64,000 bases of DNA from Methylococcales bacterium. Lineage in GTDB: Bacteria > Pseudomonadota > Gammaproteobacteria > Methylococcales > DRLZ01. Shown here in pieces: positions 48,148-57,763 of the stretch. Below the pieces are notes generated by a model. The model did not search any database, was not told where the DNA came from, and saw nothing but the letters and a program-made list of their open reading frames with translations. How positions within the stretch are numbered: the stretch's first letter is position 1; every line of letters starts with the position of its first letter. The translations under genes were made by a program, and so were the position numbers. Location of the stretch: NCBI GenBank assembly GCA_965224565.1, contig CBDCZN010000002.1, forward strand, positions 602,570 through 666,569. Reading direction: 5' to 3'.

Positions 48148-48714
48148 TTATACAGAAAATGCGTAGGTTATGATTCATTTCACATTTTTTATAGTCTCTG
48201 AATTCATGGTTTATAGTACAATGGGATAAAAAACAGATAAAATATATGAATTCAATGTCTGTGTAAGAATATGCTTATAATTTGGTTAGAAATCATGCAA
48301 CTAAATATATCATTGCTATTTTATACAATTCTATTTTAAGGGTTCTGATGAGTTTCAGCAATATTTTGTGGTATAACATTTGTGATATTTCCTGTTGGAA
48401 AGTACCTTGCCAGTAATATTTGGTCTTAAGGGAGTGTAGAAAAGGGGTCTGAGCCCAATGCCGCTTCCAGTCGCTTAAAACATCAATTAATCAGTAAGTT
48501 ATGTGCATTTCACGCTTGGTTACAAATTGACACCATAATAATAAACAATAGCTTACCAAGATCGTTTATTAAAAATTGCACTTTAAATTTAATATACAAT
48601 TGTTCAAGTCATTGTTTTTAAGGTGACACTAACATTATAAAACAGGGAAACATTAGTCTTAAATAATTATAATTCAATTATTTAACACGTTACTCGGTAT
48701 TGGGGTCTGAGCCT

Positions 48715-49263
48715 TTAAAATTTTCTAAATCGCTTAAACACATTATCAAAATCTATTTTTGCCTTGCACGTAGTATCTTCGAATTCGTATGTTTCCTTAA
48801 AAAAGTCTCCCTGTTTGGAGTATTTATTGTTTTCTAGTCGATATAGTTTTGCCTTGCAATCATTTGGATACACGATTATGTAGTATGGAACTTTCTCTTT
48901 TTCGTATATTTCAAATTTGAAAATTTCATCTCGCTTGGCTGAAGATTTACTGACAACTTCTACAATAATCTCAGGTGTTTTTGTGATGTATTGATCATTT
49001 GGTTCATCGCATATTAAAACTACGTCAGGTTTCAAAATAGTATCATTTCTTACTTTCCAATCTTCCTCACCTAACACCAAGCATCTTTCACAATCACCTA
49101 TTGAATTCATCAATTAATTTAATATTTTACCTGCTATCGCTTGATGCTTGATCACTGGAGATGGGGTCATTGACACAGGAATTCATCCTATTAATTCCCA
49201 TTTTCCTTCCCAGTGAAGATAATTATCGTAGGTATAATATTCTATTGCTTTTTCAGTTGTCAT
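48715..49263 (-). pseudogene. Uma2 family endonuclease pseudogene (paralog of 54827-55378) with two in-frame stops
   Basis: Translation from the ATG at 49263: MTTEKAIEYYTYDNYLHWEGKWELIG-TGA-IPVSMTPSPVIKHQAIAGKILN-TAA-LMNSIG. The intact paralog has EG and E at those positions. The track ORF covers only the last 132 codons. Confidence 0.8.
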
Positions 49264-49522
49264 TACTTACTTTTCTTCCCTGCCTCCAGCTTGTTAATCT
49301 CGCTGAATAGCCGTTCAGGCTCTTGGTATCGATGAATCACCATCGGTAATACTCTTCCCTGCGACCGATCAATATCGTGAATTCACTAGCTGAGCTCATC
49401 CTGATAATAGTTATTCTCAATAACTTATGCTCGAGAATTAGGGGGCATTTTTTACATTCAATAGAATTTTGATAAAAATTAACGAATCCGACCATTTTAA
49501 AGCAAAGAGTATACAATTGCTA

Positions 49523-50927
49523 GTAACAGTCTTTTCCAATATGAAATGATGCTGAAAGCAAGAAAGGTGATTCCAATATAAAATGAGCCTGAAATAGCGA
49601 TCAATGTCGCTCATGATCACAGGATGAAAACGATCATGAGGCTGGAACAACTGACGAGCATTCAAGCGATCTATCAATTTCTTGATGGAACCCAAGCGGT
49701 TGCCTTCACGATGGCAACGAACAAGCAAGACCGTTATCGCTGGGTGCAGAAAACACTGGTGAAGCACCGCTACATACAACTTGGCAAGGTCGACAAGGGA
49801 ATCGTGATCCGCTACCTGATGAAAGTAACGGGTTATTCTTTGGCTCAGACTAAACGCCTGATACAGCAATACATCAAAACGGGTCGAGTGATCGCTAAGC
49901 CTGCCCGTGGCAACGGTTTCAGACGAACCTATTCAGAGCAGGATATTCGTTTGCTAGCCAGTATGGATGAACGACACGGCCAACCCAGCGGACCAGTCCT
50001 TAAAAAGCTTTGTGAGCGTGCGTACCAGCGTTTTAACCAAACTCAGTATCAACAATTGGCAAGGATTTCGGTCTCACACCTGTATAACTTGCGCGGCTCC
50101 AAAACCTATCAGCGCCAACGTTGCACTCTGACAAAAACACGCCCGAAAGCCGTTTCAATTGGACAACGCCGTAAGCCTTGCCCAAATGACCAACCAGGCT
50201 ATATTCGTATTGATTCTGTCCATCAGGGGGATCAGGATAAGCGCAAAGGGATTTACCACGTCAATGCAGTCGATGAGGTGACGCAATTCCAGATCATTGT
50301 GACACTTGAGCGGATTAGTGAGGACTTTATGCTACCCGCGTTACAACACATACTGGCTGCTTTCCCGTTTAAAATAAAGGGATTTCACACCGATAATGGT
50401 GGTGAATATATCAACTACAGCGTGGCTCAGTTGCTAGAAAAGCTGCGGATTGAATTCACCAAATCACGACCACGACGCAGCAATGATAATGGTCTGGTTG
50501 AAAGTAAAAATGGATCCGTGATTCGTAAACTCTATGGCTATACGCACATCCCTCAGCAGTACGCCACAGACTTCACAGAACTGAATCGGCAGCAAGTCTA
50601 CCGCTACGTCAATTTCCACCGCCCCAGTTTTTTCCCGACCATTGTCACGGATAACAAGGGCAAGCAGCGCAGAATGTATCGTTATAAAGAGATCAGGACA
50701 CCGTATGAAAAGTTCCGATCCTTGCCTCGCCCTAGCCAATACTTAAAGCCAGGGATCACACTTAAAATACTGGATGCATTTGCTGGTGAAATGACAGACA
50801 ATGAGGCAGCTGAACAAATGAATTCAGCACGCGATTATTTATTTAAACAACTCCATGAGCGACTCCAAATAAGGGCTTAAGACTCTCTTACCTTCAGGCT
50901 CATTTCTGGATTGGAAAAGACTGTAAC
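49523..50927 (+). mobile_element. Insertion sequence (~1.4 kb) with an rve-type DDE transposase (ISNCY/IS481-like)
   Basis: Terminal inverted repeats gtaacagtcttttccaat (49523-49540) versus attggaaaagactgtaac (50910-50927), 1 mismatch. Subterminal tccaat..aaatga.cctgaa motifs occur on both ends. No clear target-site duplication was seen. Confidence 0.7.
49624..50880 (+). CDS. DDE transposase with integrase-core (rve) domain
   Basis: 418 aa. N-terminal HTH region, then GYIRIDSVHQGDQD...YHVNAVDEVTQF...HTDNGGEYIN...ESKNGSVIRK (DDE triad context). Confidence 0.8.
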   Translation: MKTIMRLEQLTSIQAIYQFLDGTQAVAFTMATNKQDRYRWVQKTLVKHRYIQLGKVDKGIVIRYLMKVTGYSLAQTKRLIQQYIKTGRVIAKPARGNGFRRTYSEQDIRLLASMDERHGQPSGPVLKKLCERAYQRFNQTQYQQLARISVSHLYNLRGSKTYQRQRCTLTKTRPKAVSIGQRRKPCPNDQPGYIRIDSVHQGDQDKRKGIYHVNAVDEVTQFQIIVTLERISEDFMLPALQHILAAFPFKIKGFHTDNGGEYINYSVAQLLEKLRIEFTKSRPRRSNDNGLVESKNGSVIRKLYGYTHIPQQYATDFTELNRQQVYRYVNFHRPSFFPTIVTDNKGKQRRMYRYKEIRTPYEKFRSLPRPSQYLKPGITLKILDAFAGEMTDNEAAEQMNSARDYLFKQLHERLQIRA

Positions 50928-50985
50928 ACCAAGATATAGATTGACAGTAATATGCTGATTTTGCTCTTGGTTCTGGTTTACTGGT

Positions 50986-51113
50986 ATTATTTGATTTTCT
51001 TTTTTGCCATATATTTTGATTTTGGATTGACTTCTATAGTTTGTAGCTTTGGTACTAACACGACATCCATATCTTCCATAGGGATTGCTCCCAATAATAC
51101 TTCAGACTCACCA
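50986..51113 (-). pseudogene. 3' fragment (~40 codons) of a retropepsin-like protease gene
   Basis: Aligns by eye almost base for base with 56429-56566 (the 3' end of the intact gene 56428-56850). It abuts the IS right end. Confidence 0.75.
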
Positions 51114-51215
51114 CAGTATTGTCCTATTGGGCGTCCCCGTTTTCGGCTTGACATAATTTAGCATGAGGCATATAGCGAGTTATTATGACTCACTTTTTGA
51201 TGCTAGATTAACACA

Positions 51216-51479
51216 ATGAAACAGTTAACCATTCGCGGGTTTGATGAAGAACTGGAGAAATATTTATGTCAACTGGCAAAAGACGAAAATATTTCCCTGA
51301 ATAAGGCAACAGTTAAACTTCTACGCCAAGCAGCCGGTCTTGACAGAAAAAAGCGAGCACCCGACGTCATTGGTAATGCGCTGGATGAGTTTATTGGCGT
51401 ATGGTCGAGCCAGGAAGAGCGTCAATTTAACGATGCCATTCAGGTGTTTGAGGTTGTTGACGATACTTTATGGCAATGA
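51216..51479 (+). CDS. vapB: Ribbon-helix-helix antitoxin (VapB/FitA-like)
   Basis: 87 aa. MKQLTIRGFDEELEKYLCQLAKDENISLNKATVKLLRQA is an RHH pattern. It overlaps the downstream PIN gene by 10 nt. Confidence 0.75.
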   Translation: MKQLTIRGFDEELEKYLCQLAKDENISLNKATVKLLRQAAGLDRKKRAPDVIGNALDEFIGVWSSQEERQFNDAIQVFEVVDDTLWQ

Positions 51480-51871
51480 AACTTTTATTGGACACCAACG
51501 CCTATTCAGTCTTCATGTCGGGGCGCGACGAAGTGGTCGATCGTATCCGCCGCGCGGAGCGGGTTTTCCTTTCCACTATCGTGATCGGCGAGTTGCTATT
51601 CGGCTTTCGCAATGGCAATCAGTTTGATAAGAATTATCGAATACTGGAAGCCTTTCTCGACAATCACTTTGTGGAGCTAGTGCCGGCTACACTCACGACG
51701 GCGGATCGTTTTGGCCGAATTGCTGCCGCATTACGCGCGAAGGGACGACCATTGTCTTCTAACGATATATGGATTGCCGCTCATACTCTGGAAACGGGCG
51801 CGGATTTGCTCTCATACGATAACCACTTTCGGGAGATTGATGGCTTGCCCTGGATCCACTTAACGATTTAA
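51470..51871 (+). CDS. vapC: PIN-domain toxin VapC
   Basis: 133 aa. LLLDTNAYS (first acidic residue), GELLFG and SSNDIWIAAH are typical PIN/VapC motifs. Confidence 0.85.
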   Translation: MAMKLLLDTNAYSVFMSGRDEVVDRIRRAERVFLSTIVIGELLFGFRNGNQFDKNYRILEAFLDNHFVELVPATLTTADRFGRIAAALRAKGRPLSSNDIWIAAHTLETGADLLSYDNHFREIDGLPWIHLTI

Positions 51872-51976
51872 CGCGTGATACGGATGTGCGCAGGATGAAA
51901 AATCTATAGGATACCCATATTTATCATGGACACTAATCCCTGCTAAACTGCCACCTCATTTGAGATACACAGGTTT

Positions 51977-52528
51977 TCATTTTCTAAAACGTTTAAAAAT
52001 GGTTGAGAAGTCAAAACTGAGCGGACAACTTAGTTTGGTGAAATCAAAGGCTTCAGTATCGCATTCGGCGACTTTTAATAGTTTTTTGCCATTATGCTGA
52101 TAGATTCTGGCAACAAGATCATCTGGATAAACCTGGCAGTAATATTTAACCCCTTGATTCTGGTAGATCTCAAATTTCAGACCTTCATCCCGTTTGGCTG
52201 TCGATGGGCTTAGTACCTCAAAAATAATTTCGGGTGTTTTGGCGATGTAATTGGGGTTTTCATCATTGCAAACGACTGCAACATCAGGTTTGAGGATAGT
52301 GGAGGTATCCAGCTTCCAGTCTTCATCAATCAGAATTTCACAGTTTGGACAATTATTTGTTTTGTTGTTTATCTCACTAAAAATATAGCCTACAAGCATC
52401 TGATGTGTTTTGACTGGCGCAGGCGACATCGCATAGGGAATACCTTCAATAAGTTCCCAGTCGCCTTGCCAGTGTTGGTAATCTTCATAAGTATAGGCTG
52501 GCAGGTCTTCTGTTTTTAGTATTCCCAT
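51977..52528 (-). CDS. Uma2 (DUF820) family putative endonuclease, long type
   Basis: 183 aa. YTYEDYQHWQGDWELIEGIPYAMSP...KPDVAVVC...IIFEVLSPSTAKRDEGLKFEIYQNQGVKYY. Confidence 0.8.
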   Translation of the reverse strand: MGILKTEDLPAYTYEDYQHWQGDWELIEGIPYAMSPAPVKTHQMLVGYIFSEINNKTNNCPNCEILIDEDWKLDTSTILKPDVAVVCNDENPNYIAKTPEIIFEVLSPSTAKRDEGLKFEIYQNQGVKYYCQVYPDDLVARIYQHNGKKLLKVAECDTEAFDFTKLSCPLSFDFSTIFKRFRK

Positions 52529-52866
52529 GGTTTGTCCTTACGCTTATCTGCATGAGTAATAATAACATGAGCCCTTTGTTCTAAAAATATAGTTTCTCAA
52601 CTCTTCGAGTTGACTCTGATTAAAAAACCAGACCCCATGTTAAAAAATAGGGGCAGGCAACGTTTTCTGCGATAAGTAGGCGATGAAAAAGTTATTTAAA
52701 TAAAAGGAACTGAGCCAGGCTGTCGAATATTAATAAAAAGCCCGTATTTCGTTGAACTGCATTCTAACTGGCTGATTTTTTATTGTGATTTTTTCACTTG
52801 GCAAGAAAGGATGCTCAAAAACATCATGAAAAAGGTGTTGATAAACTAGAGTTAGAAATCTGAAAT

Positions 52867-54525
52867 GGATTAATCGTAACTTCTCATTATCCACAGGCAG
52901 CAGCTTGAAGAATATCCGCCATTGGAGGAATCTGTTTCGCATTCGACGTACGATCAAGCAGGTAGCTCCAGAACGAAATCCCATGCTTGCGACAGGTTTT
53001 CTTTAAACTGGCAAAGGTGTCCCTGCATTGCCGACCCGCTTCACTGCGGGTGCTCCCACTGATCTTGCGTTTCTTGACGTAATCCCGAATATCCCGTTCA
53101 CTCAGGTTATTGTGCAAGGGAATCTCCGGTCTTTCCAATACACGGAATAATTCATGCTGATTGTTGCCCATGCGTTTCAGGATCTGATTCAGCGTTTCAT
53201 AATCGGTGCGCGTCGATACCAGTTGATGGAACTGCGCTTTCAAGCGCGTTGCGTGCGCTGGGTCAGGCGCTGTTTTATAGATTTTCAAACCCGCATAAAT
53301 CGACCAAACTTCATCCCGCGCCCAGCTGACTGCTTGCTTTTGCAGATCATTCACAGGAATGAGCCGCGTCATCAGTCGCTCTGTATGAATCCAGCACAGG
53401 ACATGATCAAAGACATTGAATTGCCCCGCATCGTCACTCACAATGCCAAGATTGATTGGAATGCCTTGATCGAGCAAGCGCCCAACCAGCATCCCTTCGG
53501 TGAGAATCCGCTGATGACGTTGATTGGTGATCCCTTGCTCTTCCAGCCAGTGCTCTAAAGCAGCGGGTGTCTCAAATTTAATTGGTTGGGTTTCAAGCGA
53601 TTCCAATAGAAATTTCGGAAGCTTTTGGCGTTGCATGTATTCCAGAGCACCCGCATTGATGACGTAGGCCTGGCAACCACTTCTGCTCAGCAGCTCAAGA
53701 AAGTTAACACGACTTTTAGACTCAGTACTTTCAAACCAGGCAAACAGCTCATTGCCAATATGAGTACAGTAACCGGTCTTGCCCTGATGGCGAGCCCCGG
53801 TGTCATCTGCGTGAATATAGCTGGACAGCGGCAGTCCATAACGCAGCAGATCGCTTTTTTCCTGGTGAAACACGTCAAGGTCTTTGGTCAGCATTTGACT
53901 TAATTGACCGCTGGAGATATCAATACCAAGATCATGCAGTTGTTCCAGCAACAGGGGCTGAGTGACGTGCTGATGATGATATTGATACAAGATAAAACTG
54001 TGTAAGTTTGATCCCCAATGGCCACTACGAACCGATTCAGGTAACTGGGCAATGACATAACCCTCACTGGTTTCATATTCGGCCAGACGATAACGAATGG
54101 TGTGAGGACAAATGATCAGATCTTGAACAATAATGTCTCGATAGCCTTTAAAGCGTGCGTCCTCCGAAAGATTGGCGGGCTGTATGATGCGCTCTTCATG
54201 AATCGTCAAATGCTGGGTTTTACTGCGTTTGGGGCCTTTCTTTTTTCCGGTACGAGCACTATCGTCTTCTGGTTCTGTCTGTTGATCCATCCCGCTGGAC
54301 TTGAATTTAGGTTTTCGAGTCTGTTTGTTCAACCTGTGAATGTCATCTTCTAATTGCTCAATGCGATCTGATTGCCATTGGAGAAGTTCAAGCAACGCAT
54401 CGACTAGTGGCGTGCGATCAGCATCTGAAATGGGTGGCAATAGCGGCTTTACAGAATTCATTGAATGTAGTTTATTACATTTAATTCGTAATTGCCTGTA
54501 AATAATGAGAAGTTACGATTAATCC
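52867..54525 (-). mobile_element. Insertion sequence (1659 bp), IS66-family-like
   Basis: Perfect 24-bp terminal inverted repeats ggattaatcgtaacttctcattat (52867-52890) versus ataatgagaagttacgattaatcc (54502-54525). A single transposase ORF lies inside. No obvious target duplication. Confidence 0.8.
52887..54461 (-). CDS. IS66-like DDE transposase
   Basis: 524 aa. N-terminal coiled coil, IHADDTGARHQG, and a C-terminal HNNLSERDIRDYVKKRKISGSTRSEAGRQCRDTFASLKKTCRKHGISFWSYLLDR that resembles the IS66 TnpC C-terminus. The family assignment is by resemblance only. Confidence 0.65.
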   Translation of the reverse strand: MNSVKPLLPPISDADRTPLVDALLELLQWQSDRIEQLEDDIHRLNKQTRKPKFKSSGMDQQTEPEDDSARTGKKKGPKRSKTQHLTIHEERIIQPANLSEDARFKGYRDIIVQDLIICPHTIRYRLAEYETSEGYVIAQLPESVRSGHWGSNLHSFILYQYHHQHVTQPLLLEQLHDLGIDISSGQLSQMLTKDLDVFHQEKSDLLRYGLPLSSYIHADDTGARHQGKTGYCTHIGNELFAWFESTESKSRVNFLELLSRSGCQAYVINAGALEYMQRQKLPKFLLESLETQPIKFETPAALEHWLEEQGITNQRHQRILTEGMLVGRLLDQGIPINLGIVSDDAGQFNVFDHVLCWIHTERLMTRLIPVNDLQKQAVSWARDEVWSIYAGLKIYKTAPDPAHATRLKAQFHQLVSTRTDYETLNQILKRMGNNQHELFRVLERPEIPLHNNLSERDIRDYVKKRKISGSTRSEAGRQCRDTFASLKKTCRKHGISFWSYLLDRTSNAKQIPPMADILQAAACG

Positions 54526-54826
54526 TCATAACATATTGTTTAATAACGAATACATAATTTAAGACTTAACTGAGTTTCATAGGTAATCAGGATTTTTTAA
54601 CTGTCGGACATCACTAGCTCCGATATTTTAATGTTTCGGAAAAACAAAGTTGTTGAAGAAAATTACATTAATTATCAATTGTTTGCCAAGAGGGTATCAT
54701 GTTCTCTGATTTGATGCCTGCTGTCGATCAATACCGCAAATTCGATGGCTCATTGTTAAGTGGTTTTATCAGTACCTGTATGTATATCCATAATTTCTTA
54801 TAATCCACCTAAGGTCTGAAGCGACT

Positions 54827-55378
54827 TCATGCCTGTTTTCTAAATTGCTTAAACACATTATCAAAATCTATTTTTGCCTTGCACGTAGTATCTTCGAATT
54901 CATAAATTTCCTTAAAAAAGTCGCCCTGTTTGGAGTATTTACTATTTTCTAGTCGATACAGTTTTGCCTTGCAGTCATCTGGATACACGATTATGTAGTA
55001 TGCAACTTTCTCTCTTTCGTATATTTCAAATTTGAAAACTTCATCTCGCTTGGCTGAAGATTGACTTACAACTTCTACTATAATTTCCGGGGTTTTTGTG
55101 ATGTATTGATCATTTGGTTCATCACATATCAAAACCACATCAGGTTTCAAAATAGTATCATTTCTTACCTTCCAATCTTCCTCACCTAACACCAAGCATC
55201 TTTCACAATTTCCTATTGAATTCATCAATTCATTTAATATTTTACCTGCTATCGCTTGATGATTGATCACTGGAGATGGGGTCTTTGACATAGGGATACC
55301 CTCTAGCAATTCCCATTTTCCTTCCCAGAGAAGATAATCATCGTAGGTGTAATACTCTATTGCTTTTTCAGTTGTCAT
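54827..55378 (-). CDS. Uma2 (DUF820) family putative endonuclease, long type
   Basis: 183 aa. YTYDDYLLWEGKWELLEGIP...KPDVVLIC...IIVEVVSQSSAKRDEVFKFEIYEREKVAYY. Confidence 0.8.
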   Translation of the reverse strand: MTTEKAIEYYTYDDYLLWEGKWELLEGIPMSKTPSPVINHQAIAGKILNELMNSIGNCERCLVLGEEDWKVRNDTILKPDVVLICDEPNDQYITKTPEIIVEVVSQSSAKRDEVFKFEIYEREKVAYYIIVYPDDCKAKLYRLENSKYSKQGDFFKEIYEFEDTTCKAKIDFDNVFKQFRKQA

Positions 55379-55551
55379 TGATTATTTCCTTCTTCTACCT
55401 TCAGTTTTCTAATTTCGCTGTATAGGTAGCTCAGGCGATCGTTAGGGTTTGCTATATACAGGGCAAACACCGCTTAAATTCAATCCCAGCGCACCGCTAT
55501 TGCGTACTCTTGATTTTAATAAGCAGGAAACTTCAGTAAATAAACAGCTAA

Positions 55552-56022
55552 TTACTCATTCTCGGCAGCCAATTTCAACACCGCCTCAATCAACGACTGA
55601 GATAGATATATCCTGCTTGCAGCGATATCTTCAACTTGGGTTTTTATTTTTGATACAAGCCCTGCTTGTTTTGCACTGAATAAAATACCAAGAGAGCCAA
55701 TTGTATTAATCCCATTAATTTTGGCAGTTCTTCTGCCTCTTCTGTCATCAATTAAAAGCATGTCTGCTGATTTTTGTTTGTATAGCAACATGGCTTCAGT
55801 TTCTCCTGCATCAGTATTTCCATCCAGGTAGATAAAATCATGCATATTTACTTCGCGTACTTTTTCTTGTAGATAGTTCTCAAGTATTTTTGCTTCTGGC
55901 TTATCACTTTTTACTACTTCCAGAAAGACAGCTTCCGGCACAAACACTTCTTTAAAAAGTTGATCTTATAGTATAAGACCATCGCATACTGAAAGTGCTG
56001 AACTATCAGCAACTAAAATCAT
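55552..56022 (-). pseudogene. DUF3368 (PIN-like) toxin gene with an in-frame TAA at codon 19
   Basis: The ATG at 56022 overlaps the upstream stop (ATGA). Translation: MILVADSSALSVCDGLIL-TAA-DQLFKEVFVPEAVF... in the same frame as the track ORF 55552-55947. The C-terminus GETEAMLLY...LLIDDRRGRRTAKINGINTIGSLGIL is DUF3368-like. Confidence 0.7.
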
Positions 56023-56270
56023 TGATTGACCATACTTTCAAGTTCTTTCTGTAACTCCTCTTTTGTAACATTGATTACTGGTATTTGTTCTTCTTTACAG
56101 CATCTCATAAATTCATAGATATCCAAATTAGCTAGCTCTGCTGCTTTTGAGAGGGTAAGGTTGGCTGTTTTGTATAATCTTAGTGCATACGATAAACGCG
56201 TTTCTTGTTTGACTTTTTGCTCAGACTGCATTGTCATAAAGTCATTGGGTAATTCTATCGCTATTTGCAT
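56019..56270 (-). CDS. UPF0175 family antitoxin
   Basis: 83 aa. ALRLYKTANLTLSKAAELANLDIYEFMRCCKEEQIPV matches the UPF0175 pattern. It sits upstream of, and overlaps, the DUF3368 gene. Confidence 0.7.
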   Translation of the reverse strand: MQIAIELPNDFMTMQSEQKVKQETRLSYALRLYKTANLTLSKAAELANLDIYEFMRCCKEEQIPVINVTKEELQKELESMVNQ

Positions 56271-56285
56271 ATTTGCTTCTGTTAC

Positions 56286-56427
56286 TGAACCAAAGCCAAT
56301 CTGGTCGGATTTGATTGATTTTCCATAAGTGGAACGCCGTTTTCGGCAACACAGACATGCATCGCCAGATTAGAACGACACAGTTCAATCAAGTCAGTTT
56401 TATCTAATTCAATGCCCTTTACTTTAG
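56286..56427 (-). pseudogene. C-terminal remnant of an MNT-type nucleotidyltransferase antitoxin gene
   Basis: Encodes KVKGIELDKTDLIELCRSNLAMHVCVAENGVPL, alignable with MGIESNKIDLIELRRSNLAMRASVAENGISL of the intact gene 57340-57723. It starts directly after the stop codon of the protease gene. Confidence 0.65.
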
Positions 56428-56850
56428 CTATTTTTTGATTTTCTTTTTTGCCATATATTTTGATTTTGGATTGACATCTATAGTTTGTAGCTTTGGTACT
56501 AATACGACATCCATATCTTCCATAGGGATTGCCCCCAATAAAACTTCAGACTCACCAGGAAGTACAGCAGCATTACAGCTAGTCGTTCTGTTTTTAAAAT
56601 TAATTATTAAAGGCCCAACAACTTTCATAGGTTGCAATGAACCATCAGCAAGTTCTGCTTCCATCGTATCCATAACAGGCAAATCTAGTTGAGCTTTTAT
56701 GTGTTCATTGATACACATCATATATGCACCACTATCAACTAATGCTGTTACATTTTCTTTTTTAATGTCTTCCTTGTCGATGTAACCTTTCCTCGCTAAT
56801 TCAAAATCCCCAGCACTTACTAGTTCTAAATCCGCATAAATTAATTCCAT
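56428..56850 (-). CDS. Retropepsin-like (clan AA) aspartic protease, small stand-alone form
   Basis: 140 aa with the catalytic motif in TALVDSGAYMMCI and a second-half GAIPMEDMDVVL typical of small bacterial/archaeal retropepsin-like proteins. Confidence 0.7.
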   Translation of the reverse strand: MELIYADLELVSAGDFELARKGYIDKEDIKKENVTALVDSGAYMMCINEHIKAQLDLPVMDTMEAELADGSLQPMKVVGPLIINFKNRTTSCNAAVLPGESEVLLGAIPMEDMDVVLVPKLQTIDVNPKSKYMAKKKIKK

Positions 56851-56915
56851 ATTTCAATCCTCGTTGCTTAAAGTGGCTTTAGTCCGAGATATCCTCGCCA
56901 GCACAGGGGTGGAGG

Positions 56916-57350
56916 TCATTCATGCTTAGCTTTTCCATTCTCTTCAATTGTCTTAAGTAAAAAGTTCATGACAAATTGTTCGCTATCAGACATCACCCAT
57001 TCTATTACTTTATTCATGTCAATATTCATATAATCGTGAACGATACGATTACGAAACCCGATGACTTCATTCCATGCTGGAAGAGTGGTTGCTTCTATTT
57101 CACCACAACGTGCTAACGCAGAAAATGCGTCATAAGCCGAAATTGGTACAGCTTCGTTATGTGCTTTAAGGAGTTGTTTTGCTTTTCCTATTGCATTTTC
57201 GATTAGTACCTGCAAAGCATGCAGCACACCACTTTGTTCTAACAAGCTCAAGGTGCCACGCTGAGCCATAATTTCTCTTGCCTGTATTAATAATGCTGCT
57301 TGCTCTGTGGCAATGCGCGCAGTTTCTGCTTGATATAAATCAAGCCGCAT
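56916..57350 (-). CDS. hepT: HepT (DUF86) toxin of a HepT/MNT type VII toxin-antitoxin pair
   Basis: 144 aa with the Rx4HxY motif in FRNRIVHDYMNID. It overlaps the upstream MNT gene by 11 nt. Confidence 0.8.
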   Translation of the reverse strand: MRLDLYQAETARIATEQAALLIQAREIMAQRGTLSLLEQSGVLHALQVLIENAIGKAKQLLKAHNEAVPISAYDAFSALARCGEIEATTLPAWNEVIGFRNRIVHDYMNIDMNKVIEWVMSDSEQFVMNFLLKTIEENGKAKHE

Positions 57351-57723
57351 GACTTTGATCCCAGTAGAAATCTTCCAGTTCGCGCCAGGTGCGGGTTAAA
57401 AAATATGCCCAGGCCAAGGTCTCTTCACCTGTAAGTGAAATACCATTTTCGGCAACAGATGCACGCATTGCGAGATTAGAGCGACGTAGTTCAATCAGGT
57501 CAATTTTATTTGATTCGATGCCCATTGCTTCCGCTATATTTCTACGCAATGTCTCGGTTTTGCCAAGTAGCTCTAGCCAGTCTAACTGCATATTCCATTG
57601 CAAGGCGATATCCCAATCGCTGTCGGGTTGGGCTGTACCATTTGCTCTGCTGCCGATCAATACTGCGAATTCTATAGCCGACTCATCGTGTAGTTGTTTC
57701 CTCAGTAGCTTATGTATATCCAT
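57340..57723 (-). CDS. mntA: MNT minimal nucleotidyltransferase antitoxin
   Basis: 127 aa with the NTase motif VLIGSRANGTAQPDSDWDIAL (GSx...DxD). Confidence 0.8.
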   Translation of the reverse strand: MDIHKLLRKQLHDESAIEFAVLIGSRANGTAQPDSDWDIALQWNMQLDWLELLGKTETLRRNIAEAMGIESNKIDLIELRRSNLAMRASVAENGISLTGEETLAWAYFLTRTWRELEDFYWDQSHAA

Positions 57724-57763
57724 GGGGGTGGGATTGTAGTATGGAAAATGATAATTGATAATA

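Noticed and set aside
48444-48712. Repeated GGGGTCTGAGCC motif (48444 and 48700) as a possible att site or element boundary
   Set aside because: There are only two short copies. The first may just be a remnant of another Uma2 3' flank, which is insufficient to define an element end.
49438-49869. 143-aa minus-strand ORF
   Set aside because: It crosses the IS left inverted repeat and is antisense to the transposase gene start. No motifs were recognised.
50952-51161. 69-aa + strand ORF, and its near-twin at 56435-56692
   Set aside because: Both are antisense shadows of the retropepsin-like gene or gene fragment. Their shared sequence (FFAIYFDFGLTSIVCSFGTNTTSISSIGIAPN) simply reflects that duplication.
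52730-52984. 84-aa minus-strand ORF
   Set aside because: It spans the IS66-like terminal inverted repeat and overlaps the transposase 3' end in another frame.
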